Part shown: one piece after another, positions 14,149-27,600 of the stretch | Numbering within the stretch: position 1 is the stretch's first letter | Layout: each line of letters begins with the position of its first letter | Assembly (NCBI GenBank): GCA_043228905.1 | Contig: JBHGNT010000001.1 | Coordinates: forward strand, 7,254,001-7,318,000 | Length of the DNA stretch: 64,000 nt | Source: Azolla caroliniana | Taxonomy: Eukaryota > Plantae > Polypodiophyta | Direction of reading: 5' to 3' | The notes under the pieces: model-generated | Database searches by the model: none | Seen by the model: only the letters and a program-made list of their open reading frames with translations | What the model was told of the DNA's origin: nothing | Made by a program: the position numbers and the translations under genes

Positions 14149-14935
14149 ACTCACATTTATTACACCGTTTTCATTTATTCTCAAATAATTACAACACCAT
14201 TACCGTAATAAATAAACTCACTAAATCCAACCATGGAAATTCCAATCACCATGCGTTGAACTTACAATATTATGGCATGTACGTGTCTTATACATTCTTG
14301 TCCATCATCCACATCTCAATGACTTCATTATCGCATCACCTCATATTTTATCAACTTATGCCAAGTGGGTGGACTCTTCCATACCAAAGACAATGTGCAA
14401 CATGCAACTACTCACATTTATTACACCGTTTTCATTTATTCTCAAATAATTACAACACCATTACCATAATAAATAAACTCACTAAATCCAACCATGGAAA
14501 TTCCAATCGCCATGCGTCGAACTTACAATGTTATGGCATGTACGTGTCTTATACATTCTTGTCCATCATCCACATCTCAATGACTTCATTATCGCATCAC
14601 CTCATATTTTATCAACTTATGCCAAGTGGGTGGACTCTTCCATACCAAAGACAATGTGCAACATGCAACTACTCACATTTATTACACCGTTTTCATTTAT
14701 TCTCAAATAATTACAACACCATTACCATAATAAATAAACTCACTAAATCCAACCATGGAAATTCCAATCGCCATGCGTCGAACTTACAATGTTATGGCAT
14801 GTACGTGTCTTATACATTCTTGTCCATCATCCACATCTCAATGACTTCATTATCGCATCACCTCATATTTTATCAACTTATGCTAAGTGGGTGGACTCTT
14901 CCATACCAAAGACAATGTGCAACGTGCAACTACTC
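14149..14935. repeat. Tandem repeat, 3 near-identical copies of 261 bp
   Basis: TTACACCGTTTTCATTTATTCTCAAATAATTAC recurs at 14160, 14421 and 14682. Confidence 0.95.
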
Positions 14936-15083
14936 CATTTGTACTCTCTTTATGGTTTACCCACCCTTTCACACCATTTTTTATGAAATTGAGGCACTCC
15001 ACCTTATTATTCTTCAAAATGTCTTGAATTCCCTATAATCTTTTGGTTTATAATAAGAAGTAAAACCATTCATTACAATAAGA

Positions 15084-16347
15084 TTTTTTTTTTTTTCCAA
15101 AAAATCACTACTTCGCATTAGTTAGCAAACAAAATTACATCATAGAACTCTCAAAATTCCTCTCAACAGCCCTCACTCTAGCCTTCCCACCAAAGCGGAC
15201 ATAGTCCCCACCTCATTTGCAACAAACGTATCCAAACAACTCCAATAACCTAGTTATTTGTACCATAACTATACAAATTTACAGCACCTAGACGTTGTTG
15301 GAAACTATTGGGGGAAACAGCCATCGGGGTGCTTGGTAGTGCCATTGAGGCCCTGATGATGATCTGCCGACCATAGGAGAATTACCCCATTTCAGCAATA
15401 ACTTTGATCGAGATCTTTCAGTTGCATCAGATTCCCCCTTAATCGAGTCGTATCGTCCCCGTAGCCAAGAGACCAATTCAAACCAGATATTTATTAATAC
15501 CTCACCATTAGGGATCTTTTGTTGTTGAAAAACAAACTTATAACGGTTGGTCCAAATGTGCCAGACCGATAAACAAGCCACCATCCTCCATATCTCTTCA
15601 AAAAGTTCTGAGTTAGTGCCAGGACGAACTCCGGCCCGTTGAAACACCTTGCCGCCCTGCACTATAAATCCATGTCCGTGAGGGTTTAATTGTTCAGCCC
15701 GACCTTCCCCTGTTAACTTCAGCCCCTGTACGGACCCCCATACAACTCTCCCATTCACGCCGTATGCTGCCACTGTCCGGAGACTTCTACTCCAAATGTT
15801 AATAGCCTCGTTACAATTCCAAAAACAATGAGGAATTGATTCCAAAGGGTGACCACAAATTTTGCATCCAGCCTCACCACCACGACACCTAAGCCACTCC
15901 CCCACTGGTACAGCTTTGTGACTAAGAAGCCACAACCAAAGCTTTATTTTTTCTGGCATATCGAACGCCCATAGCCTCCTCCAAAACGACTTCAACCAGC
16001 CATCAGAAATGTCTTTATCCTTCCAGCTATTGCGAGTTAGGGCAACACCCATCGATTTAGATCCAATGATTTGCCTTCCTAGCTTGGTAGTGTACTCGAA
16101 AAACCGTTCAAGTTTGTCCGTTCCCGGTTTCTGCCACCACACCTCTAGTGGATCCCAATCCAGATCACATATGGGCTTGTTGTCAACTATCCAAAGCTTA
16201 CAATCAGATTGCAGCTTCCCTGGGTCCGGGTTTACTTGCCACTTCTTACCTTCCAGCATTTCCACTCGTACTGCCAACCACTGGCCATTGTCTGCCAAAG
16301 CACTTAGGTTGCCCCACTACTGATACTCATTAGATGGGCACCAATAC
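15084..16347 (-). mobile_element. 5'-truncated L1-type LINE (zf-RVT C-terminal region) with poly(A) tail and target-site duplication
   Basis: ORF 15288-16298 has LW..P.KIKLWLW..CKICG..ESIPHCFWNC. Poly-T at 15084-15096 on +. TCATTACAATAAGA(TTT) is duplicated at 15070 and 16348. Confidence 0.92.
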
Positions 16348-17291
16348 TCATTACAATAAGATTTAATAAAAAGGGAGAATTTTCTTCTGTTTAAGATACC
16401 TCTGGTAAGTCTTCTTAACTAATGGATAACATAATTTTTTGGAAATAAAAAAACAAATAATCATTCACATTAAACTATGGGTATGCCAAGGATGATACGT
16501 GTATGCAACATAGTTTGAGACATGGATGGTATCATCGATGGGTCATCAGTGATCATGTACAATCACATCAATCCATAGTCATGAATGGGGCACACCTAGA
16601 GAAAAAAACGAAACTTTTAAAAGCTTGGTAATCTTGGTCAAAAGCTTGAAGTCATACATAAAAGCTCACGCTATAAACCAAGAAGCTCACCTACTACTAC
16701 TACTAGCTCACTAAAAGAAATTCCCCATACAAGCACCGAACACAAGCTTGTATGTATGTGACAAAAAAATGAGTATGTAGAAAAATAGACATATTGGAAG
16801 ACAATTTCTTCATAAATGTATTCGACTGGGAAACTTTTAGTTGTGGTTAAATCAAAACATGCATCATCATGACGTATTTCAAAAGATAGAGGTATTTGTG
16901 GAACTATTGAACTTGGAGGATATCATCCATATGAATCTATGCTAATTTATGGCAACAAAATTCTTGTTAATTATTTATGATAATGTATTTTTTTCTTTAA
17001 AGTGAGGTTTGCTGAAATTAATTAAAAGGAACAATCCTTGGGCGACCATAGTCATAGTCTTGGTTTTTGGGAAAAGTCTAATGGATAATTTGGTCAAATT
17101 TGGAAGGTGGATGTATAATTGCCATTTGTGAGAGGGGCCACTTGGGCTAGACTAGTGTGCATATTTCAAGTTCAACCACATATAGGCGAAAGGGGGTTGG
17201 GTCTTTGAGCTAGTCATTTTCGAGAGTGTGAAATAAGAAAACCGTTTGTGCGATTTGTTGTATCTATTGTCAATAATAGATATTTGGTCCA

Positions 17292-17452
17292 ACTCCTTTT
17301 GTTCTCTCTTAACCTTTAAGTGTCTATTACTATCGTGGTCTTTCCATTGTTATGTCATTCTTTCATATGGCTTGACTCTTTTTGTTCTCTCTTTACCTTT
17401 GAGTGTTATGTTACTATTGTAGTCTTTCCATTGTTAGGTCATTCTTTCGTAT
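17292..17452. repeat. Diverged tandem duplication of ~85 bp
   Basis: ACTC(C)TTTTTGTTCTCTCTT..TCTTTCCATTGTTA.GTCATTCTTTC occurs twice in tandem. Confidence 0.75.
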
Positions 17453-18399
17453 AATTCTATCACAGAATAATTACAAACAAGTGTGTGTTCCCAACTAAGG
17501 TTTCATGGAAAATAACTATTGTTCATGAGGACTTAGAAGTAGTAAGTAGACTTATAAGTTATGAGTTAAAAACCTCCTCACAAATTGATGGAAATTGTAG
17601 GTTGTCGTAATTGAGGATACAAACTCACTTTGTTTCGATTAACAATCTGTTGTTATAACTCATTTAAATTAGGTAAATGCTTTCGCATAAAGTTTAGTGG
17701 AGGAACAAAAGACTCCCCATCTTCTCCATTCTCCATTGCCTCCAAATGCTTGTCCACATAGACTTTTGGTTGGCTCCTTTTGTTGTTATGATGAGAAGTG
17801 TCAAGAGTAACTAGAAGGATTTCGTCCTCATCTTCCATGTGGTTATGTTGAGTTTCTTGTGACTCTTGAGTATCCATAATGCCATTTGAGTTACCCACAT
17901 AAGTTGGTTAGCAATTTTGATGTGCTTTTCTTTACTTCAAGTTTGCTCTTCTTGTTGTGGTAGTTAGAAGTAGGGTGTTCAACTTGATGATAATCGCATC
18001 ATGCATTGGGAATGAGGCACCATTTAATGAATTCAAAGGGAGTTTTTCAAGATAAATTTATTTGAGGATTGGGTGGAACTGTGAACATACACCATTGTAT
18101 TGAACTTGGGAAAGTATAGGTGACATTGCCTAAGCACTTGCAACCTTTGTGGCTTCATCCTACATTCAAAATCAAACTGAACTAAGAGGTTCATGTAAAC
18201 ATAACAAAAATCATATGAGATTCTTGTTTTTGTAAGGAGTAGAGTACAAATAGGACATGCAAGCATGTTGGCTTTGTTATAAAAGGGAGATTGAGCTTTG
18301 ATTCATCCAAAGCAAAATGACTCTTCTCTCTTTGTCTCTCTCTCTACGTATTTTTTTATTTTTTTCAAAACAAAATATCCGTTCATTAGTTTTCAGAAA

Positions 18400-19700
18400 A
18401 CCTATTAGGTACAAACTACAAAATAGATGGAAAAGAAGAGAAAAAAGGACATTCCCAATGGCTAGCCTTGGATCCTTCATTTAACTAAGATCCATCTCAA
18501 CATCTAATTTGATTTCAGTATGACTACCAATTCTCCCATGTTGCCACATGCTTTCAACATACTAGAAAATGTCATCATAGTAGTTAGAGACCTTGCACAA
18601 GCATTCAAGGATAGAGTTGTATAGCATCCTCATTCTTATCCTGCTCAATATAACCCAATAACATGGCAGGCCATTGTACCATATCTCCTCGAATCATGTG
18701 TGATAAATGGAGACCTACATGAAGTGAGAAAAAATCCTCATTTTTTCTCCTACGATCTAGATGGAATGTCTTTGTAAAACTCGCACAGATCCTTTAATGG
18801 CCCATATATCTTGAAGAATTCTTTACCTTCAACTTGCCTTCATTATAAAAGACTTTCCAAATCTTCTTGTAAAGGACTCATTCAATCTGGTCATATGAAC
18901 ACCTTTTCTTGGATCATTTTAATATCCTTCTATTCTCTTCAACCCCATGTTGCTTTTATTTCAAGCTACCATTTCTACATCATCATCCAATAACATTTCA
19001 TCTTTGAAAAGTGTGTACGTAAATATTAATGTATTCATCTCGAAAGTCAAATGACAATCAATGGAATATGATATCCTATCAAATCACCAGAAAACCACTT
19101 AAGGTTCAAACGGGCTTGCCAAGAATTGTCGCTTCGTTTCCATCTATTTTGTATTTTGTTGCTGATATGCCTTTTAAAAACTAATGGAAGGATATGTTGT
19201 TTGGAAAAAAAAAACACTTAAGGTTCCCATGACATCCCTCATCTCTAGATATAGTGTTATGGACCTAAACAAACTTATGTGATAAAGGCCAATGCAAATG
19301 ACCGACATAATTCCAAATAGCCCTTGCCGCTAGACAATTGATAAATCAATGTTGACTACATTCCTTCGAAACTGTGCAAATCAAACATATTCTAGTTCGT
19401 TTTTGCAAAGTGGCTCCTGGTTCATCCACCCAATATGATCCTCCAAGTAAACACCTAAGTTTTGAAAGTAAGAAGAGATTGTCAATCCATTTGTACTCCA
19501 CTTTGCTACTACCCATTGGACATTGTGATTCCCCATTCGTTACTAACCCCTTATAAGAACCATGCAAAGCTATTAATTAAATACATAATTTGTGTTTACT
19601 TTGGTAAAGCTTTATGACATGCACATGTCCCCCTATACCGTAGGTGTAATCTCACTCAAATCTGGACTTTGGATATTGTAAAAAGTTGGCACTTTTTGCA
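18400..19700 (+). pseudogene. Heavily decayed LINE ORF2 relic
   Basis: Only scattered motif remnants: an NGDL-like endonuclease motif near 18705 and TTTGGTAAAGCTTTATGAC resembling DFxKAYD near 19600. No open frame. Confidence 0.3.
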
Positions 19701-19907
19701 ACTAAGACCATGTAACATACTAATCTCTCCATCTCTGCAACACACACACACACACATGCGCACAGGTGCATATCTTAAATAGTTTGTTCGTTCTAGTTAT
19801 CAAGGTTTTGCATCTTTCTCTCAAAAGGTCTCCATTTATAGTTCAAACCTTCGCATGATGAGTCTTCCCTTTCATGTCACTTTTGCAAGGTTGAAGAACG
19901 AATCCCT

Positions 19908-19938
<31 letters not shown>

Positions 19939-21608
19939 GTTTGTGAACCTCTTTGTTTTGGAATGGATATCTTCCTAGAATTTCATATTTCCCTGCGCAT
20001 CCCAGATTTCTTTCGAATTTGTCTTTAATCTCTGTCTGAGGAAACGGACGAAGAATCTCAAAGCCGGCTGCAGAAACTTAGAAACAGCTGAAGAAACATA
20101 CTCTCTCTCTCTCGCTCTCTCTCTCTCTATCAGGTAATTACTGTTTGTGAATTGCATATTTTTTTTGCTGTCATAGCACATTTATTGCATATTTTTTGGT
20201 GCTTCAGTTCTTCTTGGTTTTTCTTTTGCTCTTGCTTATTTCTCTCATTGCTTTCTCTTTCTTTCCTCACATCATGCAACTCTGTTAGGCAAAGAATATA
20301 CATACATTTATCTACCTTTATTTCTTTCGTTGAGAATAAAAAATTTAGCCTGTTGTTAAAATTTCGAACCTTCAAAGATTCTTTTGCTAAAGGAGATCAT
20401 AGATCACCATCATAAACGAAAGACATAGAGTCTGAGGATACGTTTGATAGTGATATAGATAGACACAAAATAAGGAAAATTTTCAGTTCAAGTCTCCCTC
20501 TATTTATAATTTTGCAAATATGAAGAAATGTTTTCCACAGCTGCATGAGGCTAATAAATTCTACTATTCTCTAATTGTACAACTTCAATTAAATTTTCAT
20601 AATTCAAAAAACCTGGTCAATATATCTCTCTGCGAGGAAAAGATCATGCATTATTGTGCATTATGGACATTAAGCACACTTGCGACGTTTTGAGGCAAGC
20701 TAATGAAAACAAAGCCCTCTCTTCTATAAACGGGGAGATAGCTTTCTTTGTGCTGTTTTTGGGTCTCATGAGTGGAGTCTCCTATTAATTATTATTACAT
20801 CTTAGGATTTTTCTGGTGGATTCTCCTACATCTTCAATAACAAGCTCGCTATGATAATGAATGCTTTTGCCAATTTATTATGCGATATTTCATTGGTTTA
20901 TTGGTCCATTTCAAATGGTTTGATGAATAGACACTCAGGAATATAGGGTTATAATTATTTCACATGTTTCCACAAGTCTTTCAGTGCTCAATGTTATCTA
21001 GGAGGGAACATGCAAATCCAAAGTTTTTCCGTCAGAATCTTGGATGATGGTTGGAGATATTAGATGGCATTTGGCAGCAATTGTTCACCATATTTGCATC
21101 TTCCCCTTCAGTACAACATGTTTCACATTCATTTTTCTTATCTATTTGAATACTCTCCCGTCTACTCTCCCCTCCTGTTTGGTTTCATATATCACATGAG
21201 CTCTCCATTTCATTCATCCCTTCTAGCTTGTATATTTGCACAATATTTCCATGAATTTCTCAATCCAACTGCTTTATACCCAGATAAACAAGAGATATTA
21301 AGAACATTAGAAGCCCAATGTTTTATGGATGGGTGATGCAAGTTTTTCCTATGAGGATGTATATCCGCTAATCCATGTATTGAGCTTTCACAAATCTTTG
21401 CACTAGACCTGTCCTTCCCTTCAGCCAATTCACAACTTGTGTTGTTATGACAGTAGTCTACATTCCCACACTGTATTTAATCCTTGCGGCTTATGACACC
21501 GGATCTACAATATTCACCTGCATTTTGGTTAGTATACCTACCATGGAGACTAGATATCTTATAACAATCACAAATTATGCCCATCATGGTTGTAGTCATG
21601 ATGAGTGG

Positions 21609-24600
21609 TTACCTACAATTGGTACTATATTTTATAGTTCCCATCTGACAGGATTTGGGCTTTATCTCACAACTTTTTTCAGTGTTAGCTGCATGATGAG
21701 TAGTAATCTTACAACTGTTTTCAGTCCCTTCAAGATGATCACATATTTGCTCATGGTTATGATTTCTTTTGCTACCGCCACAATTACATTTGATTATCTC
21801 TCTCTTTTTCTGCTGACAGCATTTGGATTTACTCTCACCACATTGTGTAGACGCCGTTATCTTTTTACAGCAAGAGTTATATTCAGATGAAGATGATGGG
21901 TGCCCTTCATCATCGTGGAGTTTCTTATCACACAAATACATTATCTTCCTGATATTTCTTTGACCACTACACTTGCCCTCATGACATGATCTTTCAGGAC
22001 AGATTTTGACTTCTAAATCACTGCATGTATCATCACTACATATTGTCTTTTCCTCATGAGGACAAGCTGAAGAAGAACTTATATAATTTGAGTTACATAA
22101 TTCAGCATTCATGCATATGTGACTGCTTCTTGGGCAACACTGCTTATGATGATGGTGCTTATGGTGACTCACCTGATTAGATCCATCTTTCTTCATTTCC
22201 AAAAGTAACATACTATTGAAGATTACAGCCAAACAAGTGCCGACATCTGCTAAAACTGCAAGCCAGAGATGTGGATGACCCACTGCTGAAAGAATGAAAA
22301 CAAAGAGTTTGGTTGCAATAGATAAGAAGATGTTTTGCTGAATCTTCGTTCGAGCTTTCCGAGCAAGATTGATAGCAATACTGAGCTTTCTTAGATCATT
22401 TGTCATCAATGCAATATCAGCTGTTTCCATAGCAATTGCAGTACCAGCAACACCCATGGCAATGCCCACATCAGCAGCAGCTAGTGCTGGTGCATCATTT
22501 ATACCATCCCCTACCATACCTGTCCGACCCATAGCCTTCAATTTCTGAATCAACTCAACTTTGTGTTCCGGAAGACAACGAGCATATACATCAATTTCTC
22601 CCAGCTGAAAAGTTTGAGTACATATTATAGGATTAATCATTACAAATAGAAGAGTTGGACCATAAAACTAAATGTTCTTCACTTTACCTTTTCTTGTGCA
22701 ACATTAGCCGCGGCCAGGCTGTCTCCAGTGAGCATTGCTATCCGAATGCCTAAATTCTTATGACATATACAAATAACTTATTGTTAGGCCAATATTGTGC
22801 ATAATTGCTTCTCATGTTTTTCCTTACACATTCATTCCCTTTAATTTTCATATTAATGCATACCTACATGATAGTACAAAATTAGAATGAAAAATTCCAC
22901 CCATTATAATTCCATGCATAGGAATTGCATTGTATCTTGGAGGGCACTTTTCCAAAATATATGATACTGTAGGGTTCACATGAAGGATCTAGTAGATTTT
23001 GAAGTGGACTGATCTAGTGTATATCAGGAAAATTCTGTGAAAGAATCTTTTAACATCGGGCAACTATCAAAGGCCTTGGAAGAGTACTTTCTAGGAAGGA
23101 AAAGTCAAACTTTTCAATTAAATAGAGCAGTTTCAAAAAATATTCTTCATTTGACTTTATTGCTTTAGTTGAAGATTCACGGGAGTATATATTAAACTGA
23201 AAATAATCCAAATACTTTGGCATAATAGGTTCTCAAATCTGCCATCATAGTTAAGGAAATTCAACCATCACCCAAGTAAGCAAAAGGAAATTATTTATCT
23301 AGCACATTCATACCCTTATGGTTTTCACAGCTGTAACTGCCTCTATTCGAAGCTGATCACCCGCACTGAGGATGAGTTGAGGTACACCATCCACACCAAC
23401 CCAACAGATTGTTAAACCCTGGGTTTTCCATCTCTCCAGAATTGATGAATTACCAATCTCATCTATACACAACCATTCCAAGATATAAAAATGACACTTT
23501 GTGTTAAATGGAAGACTTATATAAACATCTGAGGCCAAATATAATCAATTACATTCTGTCCATTGTAGTCTGTTAGCCATACGATCGTTCCCAATGCAAA
23601 TTTCATGGCCACACACTTTACCACTCACACCCTCTCCAACTAGTATTGTAAAATCAACCACATCTCCATTTGGTTCAGCTCCATGCAGCCTTGCATAGTC
23701 TACAATAGCAGATGCCATGGGATGGCTTGATTTACTTTCTATCGAGGAAACCCTGGGGAGCATGTAGATATATTGGTTGAAAAAAGAAGGAATTATACCC
23801 CAGCGTCATATTCATGCACAAGGTTTTTAGTCTTAGAAGTATTATGTTTACCAGTGCAAGAGTTTGTGTGTATCCACAGTATCTTTCAGTGGTTGGATTT
23901 CTATAACTTGAAAATATCCTTCAGTTAGAGTGCCTGTTTTGTCCATGGCGAGGACATTGATTTGCCCAAGAGCCTCCAAGTGCTTTCCACCTTTTATAAT
24001 AAGCCCTGTTCGAGCGGCTTGAGCAATGGCACATGTAGTTGCAATAGGTGTAGATATAACCAGTGCACAAGGACACGCAACCACAAGAAGTGTAAGTGCC
24101 AAATACAGCCAATGTCTAACATCATTTGCATGGGCAAGCACTGGGATCACTGCAATGAGTATTGCAATAAGCAATACAACTGCACAAATAAAGAGAAATG
24201 ACAATTGAGACAAAAGGTGAGCACCACAACACTTCAAACAAAATGAGTGTAACAAAACTTGAAACAAAAGGCCCTACAGAAACAAGTATTAGATTCTAAG
24301 CGAAATAACAATTGTAAAAAAGTTCTAAAAAAGACAACGATTGAAACAAAATATTCAACCAGTTTGCTATAGAAAATATTGGCAAATTTCAATTGAAATG
24401 GAAGGTCCAATGAGGTTCCAATAGAAAAAATTTAAAATTTAGGTCGCATCTTTTTTTATTTAGTGAATCTATCCATTAAATTAATCACGATAGGGAATTC
24501 TGTGAACATTTAAACAGATATTTACTTGGAGTATAAATTTTAGCACACTTCTCCACTAGTTGTTCCATGTGAGATCGGTGTAATTGTGCATCTTCTACTA

Positions 24601-27600
24601 ATCTTATCATCCTTGCCACTGCAGACTCCTCAGCTAAGGCAATTGTTTCAACACAAATGTATCCTGAAAAGCAATACAAACATTTCTCAAAAACTTTTCC
24701 ACTAGTTTCTGAAAAGCAGTGGTGTCCATGATATTAATGAAAAAATTTATTTGAATAATATCGTATTCATTGTATGAACGAGAACGACACCATGGAGTAT
24801 CATATTCAAAGTATCAATATAAAAGCGAGTTAAAACATAGTGTAATGAAACTAAAATGGTGAGTGTTATCATGTTTATAGTATACACAATATGAAGTCCA
24901 GGGAAGACATAATTATTTACCTGTGAGATTTATTGTGCCTGCCCAAACTCGTCCTCCAACCTCTTTCTCTACAGGAAATGATTCACCTGTTAAACTGCTC
25001 TCATCAACTGCACTCCTACCCGAGGCAACAACACCATCGATTGGTATCAATTCTCCCGCTTTAACACAAATCCTTGTTCCAACTTTTATCTCTGCCACAG
25101 GAACCCTTGTCTCATTATCAGCAAGAACTGCATCCTGAGGAGCCAAGCTCGCCACCATAGATATTGCTCGTCGAGCCTGTGATCAATTCATGTTCATTAT
25201 AAGACCTCAACCTACTATATTTGATCAACGCATCAATGTCGTCAAAGATGTCGTATTGACATTTTCCCACTATATTGGATCATGTTTGTATTTTGAGAAG
25301 TCATTATATATCTTCCCGCTATGATTTTTATTTTATTCGATCATGTTAGTGTTTTTCAGAAGAAGTCTTATTGTCATACAGAGCTCATAATGTTGTGAAT
25401 AATGCAGAAACATTGTTGGGGCTGATGGAGAAACTTTGTATGAAGGTCATGTCTAAGGGCTAGACGCAATTATGCATATAAACCTCTTTGCTATGCCCAT
25501 TAGAGTTTAGTTTTCGTCCGCCTATAGGTAAATACACCAGGATTGCCTGTGTATTTAGAGAGTGAGACATGTTTTGCATCGAGCGTTGGAGAGCTTCCAC
25601 ACTAGGGAATCTCATGTCTTTTCTGATGCACATGTGAAGGTTATGCTTTCCTTATCAAGGGATGCAAGAAAAGTTTTAGGTCTACTCCTATAGGAACTGG
25701 AAAGACATTCTGACCCATGACTTGTTCTTGTTAGTTATACCCCATTGAGAATGCTTTGGTGATACTGCCTAAGGAACTTACTATCCCAAAACAACATCCC
25801 CAGCATGTGCATTGTGGATTGAGCAACATACAAACAGGAACAAGCAACAACAATCAATTTGTGAGCAAAAATGTTGCACCAAAAAGTTGAGGATTAAAAC
25901 CTTCATGTCAGCTGATTCTTGGTTGCAACAATGGAAGCGAAGCAATGGTGGCATTTCAGAGTGACTAAAATGATTTCCATTGCCAGAATTAGTTCTAGCT
26001 TTTGTATAAAAATATTCAGAGGACAGAAACCTTTATAAAGAAGCCAAAGGACTCGTATCCCAGTTCCAGTACCTGTCCGACAAGTTCAAAAGTTACAAAG
26101 ACCTTGCAAATTCCTTTTGGCAGCACTTCTTCTCAGGAGTTATGAGAGGAACATTAGGTAAAAAATGTGGTGTGGACGGCTGAATCTGATGACATATCAG
26201 ATATAAATTACATGCACATGAGGTACACGTCATGTATGAACAAAAACCATGGGAACATAATATGTTTTTATGTGACAAGTAAGTAAAGTTGTAAGGTTAA
26301 GTGCTCCTATCCAGTATTGAAGAGCATGAACCTTATGAGACCAAAAACATATGTCATAAACTGTAAAATTATAATGTAAGATTAATTACAATGAAAAGGT
26401 AAGGAAGACCTGAGAAAAATCTCAGTACCTGACAATAATGTAAGTCACTAGGATGCCCCAGCGTATCTGACACTATAAGGTAAGTGAGAAGCTTCCCATA
26501 ACATGGGTGAATGGCTGTGAAGATATGAAAAAATAGAAAGAACTGCCCATAATGGAAGGTGTGAAGAAATGAAAAAATAGAGAGAACTGCCCGAAATGGA
26601 AGGTCATCACATGAAAATAATCACAGGAAGCTTCGATAAGGTTTTGTTGGACTGATGTGTTGTGCATTAAGCGTAAACTGAAAGCATGAATCAACAAACT
26701 CATCCAGTGGATGATGGAGGACGGATGTTGAGCAAGCAGTTGGTAGCAGTCTTGCAGATGTATGGTGTGAAGCTTTAGAGGTATATAAATCAGCTGATAG
26801 CCAGAGCCAAGACCTGGCAACAAGGCTGAGATAGCATAATCTACCCACTGTTAAATATAAGCAGATTTATCTACATTGGCAAGAAGTCCTTAGTGGATAT
26901 GACACATTGATTGAAAAACAGCCTGAGCCAGGAGCAGCTAATATTGTTGAAGAGGAAGCATGCATACTTTTATAGCACGTGAGACTATCATTGTTAACCC
27001 ATCGATAGTGTCATCAACAAGACCAAGGCCCAATGGCAGAGCTGGCTATGAACCATAGCTATCCATGTAACACACCTAGCCAGTTGTGTCATTGACAAAA
27101 CCAAAGATCCACACAATGGGGCAGGTTACAAACAGAGGACCATGGTTATCCATGTAACACACTTAAGTGGACCTTGAGCATCAGACTTTGACTTCTAACA
27201 AGATGTCGATCTCTAACAAAGTAAGGAAGATGATGGTGCACCTGCCTTTGATTGGTGGTCTGTTTTTGTCAGTTCCTCTCCCAGTGGGAGTGCTTTGGAA
27301 ATTTTACCAGATGAGAAATAAATAGAAGAAAATAAGCAACAATTAAATAAGAAGAGAAATAATGATGAGGAAAGAAGAGAAATAGACCAAAAGGCAAAGG
27401 AAAACATGTTAGTCTTCCAAATCCAAGTCCATGGAGGATACTCAACAGAGAGTAGATAAATCATGACGCAGAGGCAGGATAATGCTTTCTAATGCTTAAA
27501 ATAAGACCTTCAAAAAAAGGAGGCAGATTGTGCTGGGGACATGTTGCCAGCTACATCATGTTCAACAATTACATCAAAGACATAAAATCACGCTTTACAT

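Noticed and set aside
14149-14935. Repeat array as CRISPR-like
   Set aside because: Whole 261-bp units repeat with no unique spacers, in a eukaryotic context.
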